Source: the human T2T-CHM13v2.0 reference genome, Homo sapiens
Assembly (NCBI RefSeq): GCF_009914755.1
Contig: NC_060929.1
DNA length: 64,000 bases
Direction: 5' to 3' (one strand)
The position numbers and the translations under genes were made by a program. Below, one piece after another: positions 1 to 11,293 of this stretch. The notes beneath the pieces were generated by a model. That model searched no databases and had not been told where the DNA came from. It saw nothing but the letters and a program-made list of their open reading frames with translations. Each line of letters opens with the position of its first letter. The first letter of the stretch is position 1.

Positions 1-420
1 GTAAAGTCTGCAAGTGGATATTCAGCCCTCTTTGAGGCCTTCGTTGGAAACGGGTTTTTTTCATATAAGGCTAGACAGAAGAATTCCCAGTAACTTCCTT
101 GTGTTGTGTGTGTTCAACTCACAGAGTTGAACTTTCATTTACACAGAGCAGATTTGAAACACTCTTTTTGTGGAATTTGCAAGTGGAGATTTCAAGCGCT
201 TTGAGGCCAAAGGCAGAAAAGGAAATATCTTCGTATAAAAACTAGACAGAATCATTCTCAGAAACTGCTCTGCGATGTGTGCGTTCAACTCTCAGAGTTT
301 AACTTTTCTTTTCATTCAGCAGTTTGGAAACACTCTGTTTCTAAAGTCTGCACGTGGATATTTTGACCACTTAGAGGCCTTCGTTGGAAACGGGTTTTTT
401 TCCTGTAAGGCTAGACAGAA
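1..420 (+). repeat. Tail of the preceding HOR unit (end of last C plus last D dimer)
   Basis: Terminal-tetramer markers CAGCCCTC, GGATATTTTGACC and TTCCTGTAAGG. Confidence 0.85.
39..55 (+). promoter_or_regulatory. CENP-B box (first copy; recurs every ~340 bp, e.g. 379-395, 718-734)
   Basis: CTTCGTTGGAAACGGGT matches the core NTTCGNNNNANNCGGGN. The A and B dimers usually carry the canonical CTTCGTTGGAAACGGGA. Confidence 0.98.
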
Positions 421-3400
421 GAATTCCCAGTAACTTCCTTGTGTTGTGTACATTCAACTCACAGAGTTGAACGTTCCCTTAGACAGAGTAGATTTGAAAC
501 ACTCTTTTTGTGCAATTGGCAAGTGGAGATTTCAAGCGCTTTAAGGTCAATGGCAGAAAAGGAAATATCTTCGTTTCAAAACTAGACAGAATCATTCCCA
601 CAAACTGCGTTGTGATGTGTTCGTTCATCTCACAGAGTTTAACCTTTCTTTTCATAGAGCAGTTAGGAAACACTCTGTTTGTAAATTCTGTAAGTGGATA
701 TTCTGACATCTTGTGGCCTTCGTTGGAAACGGGATTTCTTCATATTCTGCTAGACAGAAGAATTCTCAGAATCTTCCTTGTGTTGTGTGTATTCAACTCA
801 CAGAGTTGAACGATGGTTTACACAGAGCAGATTTGAAACACTCTTTTGGTGGAATTTGCAAGTGGAGATTTCAGCCGCTTTGAGGTCAATGGTAGAAAAG
901 GAAATATCTTCGTATAAAAACTAGACAGAATGATTCTCAGAAACTTCTTTGTGATGTGTGCGTTCAACTCACAGAGTTTAACCTTTCTTTTCATAGAGCA
1001 GTTAGGAAACACTCTGTTTGTAAACTCTGCAAGTGGATATTCAGACCTCTTTGAGGCCTTCGTTGGAAACGGGATTTCTTCATACTGTGCTAGACAGAAG
1101 AATTCTCAGTAACTTCCTTGTGTTGTGTGTATTCAACTCACAGAGTTGAACGATCCTTTACACAGAGCGGACTTGAAACACTCTTTTTGTGGAATTTGCA
1201 AGTGGAGATTTCAGCCGCGTTGAGGTCAATGGTAGAAAAGGAAATATCTTCGTATAAAAACTAGACAGAATGATTCTCAGAAACTCCTTTGTGATGTGTG
1301 TGTTCAACTCACAGAGTTTAACCTTTCTTTTCATAGAGCAGTTAGGAAACACTCTGTTTGTAAAGTCTGCAAGTGGATATTCAGACCTCTTTGAGGCCTT
1401 CGTTGGAAACGGGTTTTTTTCATATAAGGCTAGACAGAAGAATTCCCAGTAACTTCCTTGTGTTGTGTGTGTTCAACTCACAGAGTTGAACTTTCATTTA
1501 CACAGAGCAGATTTGAAACACTCTTTTTGTGGAATTTGCAAGTGGAGATTTCAAGCGCTTTGAGGCGAAAGGCAGAAAAGGAAATATCTTCGTATAAAAA
1601 CTAGACAGAATCATTCTCAGAAACTGCTCTGCGATGTGTGCGTTCAACTCTCAGAGTTTAACTTTTCTTTTCATTCAGCAGTTTGGAAACACTCTGTTTG
1701 TAAGGTCTGCACGTGGATAATTTGACCACTTAGAGGCCTTCGTTGGAAACGGGTTTTTTTCATGTAAGGCTAGACAGAAGAATTCTCAGTAACTTCCTTG
1801 TGTTGTGTGTATTCAACTCACACAGTTGAACGATCCTTTACACAGAGCAGACTTGTAACACTCTTTTTGTGGAATTTGCAAGTGGAGATTTCAGCCGCTT
1901 TGAAGTCAAATGTAGAAAAGGAAATATCTTCCTATAAAAACTAGACAGAATGATTCTCAGAAACTCCTTTGTGATGTGTGCGTTCAACTCACAGAGTTTA
2001 ACCTTTCTTTTCATAGAGCAGTTAGGAAACACTCTGTTTGTAAAGTCTGCAAGTGGATATTCAGACCTCTTTGAGGCCTTCGTTGGAAACGGGTTTTTTT
2101 CATATAAGGCTAGACAGAAGAATTCCCAGTAACTTCCTTGTGTTGTGTGTGTTCAACTCACAGAGTTGAACTTTCATTTACACAGCGCAGATTTGAAACA
2201 CTCTTTTTGTGGAATTTGCAAGTGGAGATTTCAAGCGCTTTGAGGCCAAAGGCAGAAAAGGAAATATCTTCGTATAAAAACTAGACAGAATCATTCTCAG
2301 AAACTGCTCTGTGATGTGTGCGTTCAACTCTCAGAGTTTAACTTTTCTTTTCATTCAGCAGTTTGGAAACACTCTGTTTTTAAAGTCTGCACGTGGATAA
2401 TTTGACCACTTAGAGGCCTTCGTTGGAAACGGGTTTTTTTCATGTAAGGCTAGACAGAAGAGTTCTCAGTAACTTCCTTGTGTTGTGTGTATTCAACTCA
2501 CACAGTTGAACGGTCCTTTACACAGAGCAGACTTGTAACACTCTTTTTGTGGAATTTGCAAGTGGAGATTTCAGCCGCTTTGAAGTCAAAGTAGAAAAGG
2601 AAATATCTTCCTATAAAAACTAGACAGAATGATTCTCAGAAACTCCTTTGTGATGTGTGCGTTCAACTCACAGAGTTTAACCTTTCTTTTCATAGAGCAG
2701 TTAGGAAACACTCTGTTTGTAAAGTCTGCAAGTGGATATTCAGACCTCTTTGAGGCCTTCGTTGGAAACGGGTTTTTTTCATATAAGGCTAGACAGAAGA
2801 ATTCCCAGTAACTTCCTTGTGTTGTGTGTGTTCAACTCACAGAGTTGAACTTTCATTTACACAGAGCAGATTTGAAACACTCTTTTTGTGGAATTTGCAA
2901 GTGGAGATTTCAAGCGCTTTGAGGCCAAAGGCAGAAAAGGAAATATCTTCGTATAAAAACTAGACAGAATCATTCTCAGAAACTGCTCTGCGATGTGTGC
3001 GTTCAACTCTCAGAGTTTAACTTTTCTTTTCATTCAGCAGTTTGGAAACACTCTGTTTGTAAAGTCTGCACGTGGATAATTTGACCACTTAGAGGCCTTC
3101 GTTGGAAACGGGTTTTTTTCATGTAAGGCTAGACAGAAGAATTCTCAGTAACTTCCTTGTGTTGTGTGTATTCAACTCACAGAGTTGAACGATCCTTTAC
3201 ACAGAGCAGACTTGGAACACTCTTTTTGTGGAATTTGCAAGTGGAGATTTCAGCCGCTTTGAAGTCAAATGTAGAAAAGGAAATATCTTCCTATAAAAAC
3301 TAGACAGAATGATTCTCAGAAACTCCTTTGTGATGTGTGCGTTCAACTCACAGAGTTTAACCTTTCTTTTCATAGAGCAGTTAGGAAACACTCTGCTTGT

Positions 3401-3818
3401 AAAGTCTGCAAGTGGATATTCAGCCCTCTTTGAGGCCTTCGTTGGAAACGGGTTTTTTTCATATAAGGCTAGACAGAAGAATTCCCAGTAACTTCCTTGT
3501 GTTGTGTGTGTTCAACTCACAGAGTTGAACTTTCATTTACACAGAGCAGATTTGAAACACTCTTTTTGTGGAATTTGCAAGTGGAGATTTCAAGCGCTTT
3601 GAGGCCAAAGGCAGAAAAGGAAATATCTTCGTATAAAAACTAGACAGAATCATTCTCAGAAACTGCTCTGCGATGTGTGCGTTCAACTCTCAGAGTTTAA
3701 CTTTTCTTTTCATTCAGCAGTTTGGAAACACTCTGTTTCTAAAGTCTGCACGTGGATATTTTGACCACTTAGAGGCCTTCGTTGGAAACGGGTTTTTTTC
3801 CTGTAAGGCTAGACAGAA
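421..3818 (+). repeat. HOR unit 1, 20-mer A-B-(C-D)4, 3398 bp
   Basis: Units are delimited at the EcoRI site before the A-dimer markers GTGTACATT, TGCAATTGGC and CCCACAAACTGCG. Confidence 0.9.
887..903 (+). promoter_or_regulatory. A-box / pJalpha-type site of the A-type monomer (example; recurs in alternate monomers)
   Basis: CAATGGTAGAAAAGGAA lies at the position homologous to the CENP-B box in the other monomer and resembles the pJalpha motif. Binding is not shown. Confidence 0.7.
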
Positions 3819-5856
3819 GAATTCCCAGTAACTTCATTGTGTTGTGTACATTCAACTCACAGAGTTGAACGTTCCCTTAGACAGAGCAGATTTGAAACAC
3901 TCTTTTTGTGCAATTGGCAAGTGGAGATTTCAAGCGCTTTAAGGTCAATGGCAGAAAAGGAAATATCTTCGTTTCAAAACTAGACAGAATCATTCCCACA
4001 AACTGCGTTGTGATGTGTTCGTTCATCTCACAGAGTTTAACCTTTCTTTTCATAGAGCAGTTAGGAAACAGTCTGTTTGAAAATTCTGTAAGTGGATATT
4101 CTGACATCTTGTGGCCTTCGTTGGAAACGGGATTTCTTCATATTCTGCTAGACAGAAGAATTCTCAGAATCTTCCTTGTGTTGTGTGTATTCAACTCACA
4201 GAGTTGAACGATGGTTTACACAGAGCAGATTTGAAACACTCATTTGGTGGAATTTGCAAGTGGAGATTTCAGCCGCTTTGAGGTCAATGGTAGAAAAGGA
4301 AATATCTTCGTATAACAACTAGACAGAATGATTCTCAGAAAATTCTTTGTGATGTGTGTGTTCAACTCACAGAGTTTAACCTTTCTTTTCATAGAGCAGT
4401 TAGGAAACACTGTGTTTTTAAACTCTGCAAGTGGATATTCAGACCTCTTTGAGGCCTTCGTTGGAAACGGGTTTCTTCATACTGTGCTAGACAGAAGAAT
4501 TCTCAGTAACTTCCTTGTGTTGTGTGTATTCAACTCACAGAGTTGAACGATCCTTTACACAGAGCAGACTTGAAACACTCTTTTTGTGGAATTTGCAAGT
4601 GGAGATTTCAGCCGCGTTGAGGTCAATGGTAGAAAAGGAAATATCTTCGTATAAAAACTAGACAGAATGATTCTCAGAAACTCCTTTGTGATGTGTGTGT
4701 TCAACTCACAGAGTTTAACATTTCTTTTCATAGAGCAGTTAGGAAACACTCTGTTTGTAAAGTCTGCAAGTGGATATTCAGACCTCTTTGAGGCCTTCGT
4801 TGGAAACGGGTTTTTTTCATATAAGGCTAGACAGAAGAATTCCCAGTAACTTCCTTGTGTTGTGTGTGTTCAACTCACAGAGTTGAACTTTCATTTACAC
4901 AGAGCAGATTTGAAACACTCTTTTTGTGGAATTTGCAGGTGGAGATTTCAAGCGCTTTGAGGCCAAAGGCAGAAAAGGAAATATCTTCGTATAAAAACTA
5001 GACAGAATCATTCTCAGAAACTGCTCTGCGATGTGTGCGTTCAACTCTCAGAGTTTAACTTTTCTTTTCATTCAGCAGTTTGGAAACACTCTGTTTGTAA
5101 AGTCTGCACGTGGATAATTTGACCACTTAGAGGCCTTCGTTGGAAACGGGTTTTTTTCATGTAAGGCTAGACAGAAGAATTCTCAGTAACTTCCTTGTGT
5201 TGTGTGTATTCAACTCACAGAGTTGAACGATCCTTTACACAGAGCAGACTTGGAACACTCTTTTTGTGGAATTTGCAAGTGGAGATTTCAGCCGCTTTGA
5301 AGTCAAAGGTAGAAAAGGAAATATCTTCCTATAAAAACTACACAGAATGATTCTCAGAAACTCCTTTGTGATGTGTGCGTTCAACTCACAGAGTTTAACC
5401 TTTCTTTTCATAGAGCAGTTAGGAAACACTCTGCTTGTAAAGTCTGCAAGTGGATATTCAGCCCTCTTTGAGGCCTTCGTTGGAAACGGGTTTTTTTCAT
5501 ATAAGGCTAGACAGAAGAATTCCCAGTAACTTCCTTGTGTTGTGTGTGTTCAACTCACAGAGTTGAACTTTCATTTACACAGAGCAGATTTGAAACACTC
5601 TTTTTGTGGAATTTGCAAGTGGAGATTTCAAGCGCTTTGAGGCCAAAGGCAGAAAAGGAAATATCTTCGTATAAAAACTAGACAGAATCATTCTCAGAAA
5701 CTGCTCTGCGATGTGTGCGTTCAACTCTCAGAGTTTAACTTTTCTTTTCATTCAGCAGTTTGGAAACACTCTGTTTGTAAAGTCTGCACGTGGATATTTT
5801 GACCATTTAGAGGCCTTCGTTGGAAACGGGTTTTTTTCCTGTAAGGCTAGACAGAA
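3819..5856 (+). repeat. HOR unit 2, 12-mer A'-B'-(C-D)2, 2038 bp
   Basis: A-marker spacing; variant A'B' head. Confidence 0.9.
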
Positions 5857-8575
5857 GAATTCCCAGTAACTTCCTTGTGTTGTGTACATTCAACTCACAG
5901 AGTTGAACGTTCCCTTAGACAGAGCAGATTTGAAACACTCTTTTTGTGCAATTGGCAAGTGGAGATTTCAAGCGCTTTAAGGTCAATGGCAGAAAAGGAA
6001 ATATCTTCGTTTCAAAACTAGACAGAATCATTCCCACAAACTGCGTTGTGATGTGTTCGTTCATCTCACAGAGTTTAACCTTTCTTTTCATAGAGCAGTT
6101 AGGAAACACTCTGTTTGTAAATTCTGTAAGTGGATATTCTGACATCTTGTGGCCTTCGTTGGAAACGGGATTTCTTCATATTCTGCTAGACAGAAGAATT
6201 CTCAGAATCTTCCTTGTGTTGTGTGTATTCAACTCACAGAGTTGAACGATGGTTTACACAGAGCAGATTTGAAACACTCTTTTTGTGGAATTTGCAAGTG
6301 GAGATTTCAGCCGCTTTGAAGTCAATGGTAGAAAAGGAAATATCTTCGTATAAAAACTAGACAGAATGATTCTCAGAAACTTCTTTGTGATGTGTGCGTT
6401 CAACTCACAGAGTTTAACCTTTCTTTTCATAGAGCAGTTAGGAAACACTCTGTTTGTAAACTCTGCAAGTGGATATTCAGACCTCTTTGAGGCCTTCGTT
6501 GGAAACGGGATTTCTTCATACTGTGCTAGACAGAAGAATTCTCAGTAACTTCCTTGTGTTGTGTGTATTCAACTCACAGAGTTGAACGATCCTTTACACA
6601 GAGCAGAATTGAAACACTCTTTTTGTGGAATTTGCAAGTGGAGATTTCAGCCGCGTTGAGGTCAATGGTAGAAAAGGAAATATCTTCGTATAAAAACTAG
6701 ACAGAATGATTCTCAGAAACTCCTTTGAGATGTGTGTGTTCAACTCACAGAGTTTAACCTTTCTTTTCATAGAGCAGTTAGGAATCACTCTGTTTGTAAA
6801 GTCTGCAAGTGGATATTCAGACCTCTTTGAGGCCTTCGTTGGAAACGGGTTTTTTTCATATAAGGCTAGAGAGAAGAATTCCCAGTAACTTCCTTGTGTT
6901 GTGTGTGTTCAACTCACAGATTTGAACTTTCATTTACACAGAGCAGATTTGAAACACTCTTTTTGTGGAATTTGCAAGTGGAGATTTCAAGCGCTGTGAG
7001 GCCAAAGGCAGAAAAGGAAATATCTTCGTATAAAAACTAGACAGAATCATTCTCAGAAACTGCTCTGCGATGTGTGCGTTCAACTCTCAGAGTTTAACTT
7101 TTCTTTTCATTCAGCAGTTTGGAAACACTCTGTTTGTAAAGTCTGCACGTGGATAATTTGACCACTTAGAGGCCTTCGTTGGAAACGGGTTTTTTTCATG
7201 TAAGGCTAGACAGAAGAATTCTCAGTAACTTCCTTGTGTTGTGTGTATTCAACTCACACAGTTGAACGATCCTTTACACAGAGCAGACTTGTAACACTCT
7301 TTTTGTGGAATTTGCAAGTGGAGATTTCAGCCGCTTTGAAGTCAAATGTAGAAAAGGAAATATCTTCCTATAAAAACTAGACAGAATGATTCTCAGAAAC
7401 TCCTTTGTGATGTGTGCGTTCAACTCACAGAGTTTAACCTTTCTTTTCATAGAGCAGTTAGGAAACACTCTGTTTGTAAAGTCTGCAAGTGGATATTCAG
7501 CCCTCTTTGAGGCCTTCGTTGGAAACGGGTTTTTTTCATATAAGGCTAGACAGAAGAATTCCCAGTAACTTCCTTGTGTTGTGTGTGTTCAACTCACAGA
7601 GTTGAACTTTCATTTACACAGAGCAGATTTGAAACACTCTTTTTGTGGAATTTGCAAGTGGAGATTTCAAGCGCTTTGAGGCCAAAGGCAGAAAAGGAAA
7701 TATCTTCGTATAAAAACTAGACAGAATCATTCTCAGAAACTGCTCTGTGATGTGTGCGTTCAACTCTCAGAGTTTAACTTTTCTTTTCATTCAGCAGTTT
7801 GGAAACACTCTGTTTGTAAAGTCTGCACGTGGATAATTTGACCACTTAGAGGCCTTCGTTGGAAACGGGTTTTTTTCATGTAAGGCTAGACAGAAGAGTT
7901 CTCAGTAACTTCCTTGTGTTGTGTGTATTCAACTCACAGAGTTGAACGATCCTTTACACAGAGCAGACTTGTAACACTCTTTTTGTGGAATTTGCAAGTG
8001 GAGATTTCAGCCGCTTTGAAGTCAAAGGTAGAAAAGGAAATATCTTCCTATAAAAACTAGACAGAATGATTCTCAGAAACTCCTTTGTGATGTGTGCGTT
8101 CAACTCACAGAGTTTAACCTTTCTTTTCATAGAGCAGTTAGGAAACACTCTGCTTGTAAAGTCTGCAAGTGGATATTCAGCCCTCTTTGAGGCCTTCGTT
8201 GGAAACGGGTTTTTTTCATATAAGGCTAGACAGAAGAATTCCCAGTAACTTCCTTGTGTTGTGTGTGTTCAACTCACAGAGTTGAACTTTCATTTACACA
8301 GAGCAGATTTGAAACACTCTTTTTGTGGAATTTGCAAGTGGAGATTTCAAGCGCTTTGAGGCCAAAGGCAGAAAAGGAAATATCTTCGTATAAAAACTAG
8401 ACAGAATCATTCTCAGAAACTGCTCTGCGATGTGTGCGTTCAACTCTCAGAGTTTAACTTTTCTTTTCATTCAGCAGTTTGGAAACACTCTGTTTGTAAA
8501 GTCTGCACGTGGATATTTTGACCACTTAGAGGCCTTCGTTGGAAACGGGTTTTTTTCCTGTAAGGCTAGACAGAA
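5857..8575 (+). repeat. HOR unit 3, 16-mer, 2719 bp
   Basis: A-marker spacing; three C-D tetramers. Confidence 0.9.
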
Positions 8576-11293
8576 GAATTCCCAGTAACTTCCTTGTGTT
8601 GTGTACATTCAACTCACAGAGTTGAACGTTCCCTTAGACAGAGCAGATTTGAAACACTCTTTTTGTGCAATTGGCAAGTGGAGATTTCAAGCGCTTTGAG
8701 GTCAATGGCAGAAAAGGAAATATCTTCGTTTCAAAACTAGACAGAATCATTCCCACAAACTGCGTTGTGATGTGTTCGTTCATCTCACAGAGTTTAACCT
8801 TTCTTTTCATAGAGCAGTTAGGAAACACTCTGTTTGTAAATTCTGTAAGTGGATATTCTGACATCTTGTGGCCTTCGTTGGAAACGGGATTTCTTCATAT
8901 TCTGCTAGACAGAAGAATTCTCAGAATCTTCCTTGTGTTGTGTGTATTCAACTCACAGAGTTGAACGATGGTTTACACAGAGCAGATTTGAAACACTCTT
9001 TTTGTGGAATTTGCAAGTGGAGATTTCAGCCGCTTTGAAGTCAATGGTAGAAAAGGAAATATCTTCGTATAAAAACTAGACAGAATGATTCTCAGAAACT
9101 TCTTTGTGATGTGTGCGTTCAACTCACAGAGTTTAACCTTTCTTTTCATAGAGCAGTTAGGAAACACTCTGTTTGTAAACTCTGCAAGTGGATATTCAGA
9201 CCTCTTTGAGGCCTTCGTTGGAAACGGGATTTCTTCATACTGTGCTAGACAGAAGAATTCTCAGTAACTTCCTTGTGTTGTGTGTATTCAACTCACAGAG
9301 TTGAACGATCCTTTACACAGAGCAGAATTGAAACACTCTTTTTGTGGAATTTGCAAGTGGAGATTTCAGCCGCGTTGAGGTCAATGGTAGAAAAGGAAAT
9401 ATCTTCGTATAAAAACTAGACAGAATGATTCTCAGAAACTCCTTTGAGATGTGTGTGTTCAACTCACAGAGTTTAACCTTTCTTTTCATAGAGCAGTTAG
9501 GAATCACTCTGTTTGTAAAGTCTGCAAGTGGATATTCAGACCTCTTTGAGGCCTTCGTTGGAAACGGGTTTTTTTCATATAAGGCTAGAGAGAAGAATTC
9601 CCAGTAACTTCCTTGTGTTGTGTGTGTTCAACTCACAGAGTTGAACTTTCATTTACACAGAGCAGATTTGAAACACTCTTTTTGTGGAATTTGCAAGTGG
9701 AGATTTCAAGCGCTTTGAGGCCAAAGGCAGAAAAGGAAATATCTTCGTATAAAAACTAGACAGAATCATTCTCAGAAACTGCTCTGCGATGTGTGCGTTC
9801 AACTCTCAGAGTTTAACTTTTCTTTTCATTCAGCAGTTTGGAAACACTCTGTTTGTAAAGTCTGCACGTGGATAATTTGACCACTTAGAGGCCTTCGTTG
9901 GAAACGGGTTTTTTTCATGTAAGGCTAGACAGAAGAGTTCTCAGTAACTTCCTTGTGTTGTGTGTATTCAACTCACACAGTTGAACGATCGTTTACACAG
10001 AGCAGACTTGTAACACTCTTTTTGTGGAATTTGCAAGTGGAGATTTCAGCCGCTTTGAAGTCAAAGTAGAAAAGGAAATATCTTCCTATAAAAACTAGAC
10101 AGAATGATTCTCAGAAACTCCTTTGTGATGTGTGCGTTCAACTCACAGAGTTTAACCTTTCTTTTCATAGAGCAGTTAGGAAACACTCTGTTTGTAAAGT
10201 CTGCAAGTGGATATTCAGACCTCTTTGAGGCCTTCGTTGGAAACGGGTTTTTTTCATATAAGGCTAGACAGAAGAATTCCCAGTAACTTCCTTGTGTTGT
10301 GTGTGTTCAACTCACAGAGTTGAACTTTCATTTACACAGAGCAGATTTGAAACACTCTTTTTGTGGAATTTGCAGGTGGAGATTTCAAGCGCTTTGAGGC
10401 CAAAGGCAGAAAAGGAAATATCTTCGTATAAAAACTAGACAGAATCATTCTCAGAAACTGCTCTGCGATGTGTGCGTTCAACTCTCAGAGTTTAACTTTT
10501 CTTTTCATTCAGCAGTTTGGAAACACTCTGTTTGTAAAGTCTGCACGTGGATAATTTGACCACTTAGAGGCCTTCGTTGGAAACGGGTTTTTTTCATGTA
10601 AGGCTAGACAGAAGAATTCTCAGTAACTTCCTTGTGTTGTGTGTATTCAACTCACAGAGTTGAACGATCCTTTACACAGAGCAGACTTGTAACACTCTTT
10701 TTGTGGAATTTGCAAGTGGAGATTTCAGCCGCTTTGAAGTCAAAGGTAGAAAAGGAAATATCTTCCTATAAAAACTAGACAGAATGATTCTCAGAAACTC
10801 CTTTGTGATGTGTGCGTTCAACTCACAGAGTTTAACCTTTCTTTTCATAGAGCAGTTAGGAAACACTCTGCTTGTAAAGTCTGCAAGTGGATATTCAGCC
10901 CTCTTTGAGGCCTTCGTTGGAAACGGGTTTTTTTCATATAAGGCTAGACAGAAGAATTCCCAGTAACTTCCTTGTGTTGTGTGTGTTCAACTCACAGAGT
11001 TGAACTTTCATTTACACAGAGCAGATTTGAAACACTCTTTTTGTGGAATTTGCAAGTGGAGATTTCAAGCGCTTTGAGGCCAAAGGCAGAAAAGGAAATA
11101 TCTTCGTATAAAAACTAGACAGAATCATTCTCAGAAACTGCTCTGCGATGTGTGCGTTCAACTCTCAGAGTTTAACTTTTCTTTTCATTCAGCAGTTTGG
11201 AAACACTCTGTTTGTAAAGTCTGCACGTGGATATTTTGACCACTTAGAGGCCTTCGTTGGAAACGGGTTTTTTTCCTGTAAGGCTAGACAGAA
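8576..11293 (+). repeat. HOR unit 4, 16-mer, 2718 bp
   Basis: A-marker spacing; three C-D tetramers. Confidence 0.9.

Noticed and set aside
55-61. T7 run after the CENP-B box as a terminator
   Set aside because: There is no associated transcription unit or GC-rich hairpin; it is a fixed C/D dimer feature.
351-356. E-box CACGTG in each D dimer
   Set aside because: It is a 6-mer produced by one diagnostic base and amplified with the repeat; there is no evidence of a regulatory role.
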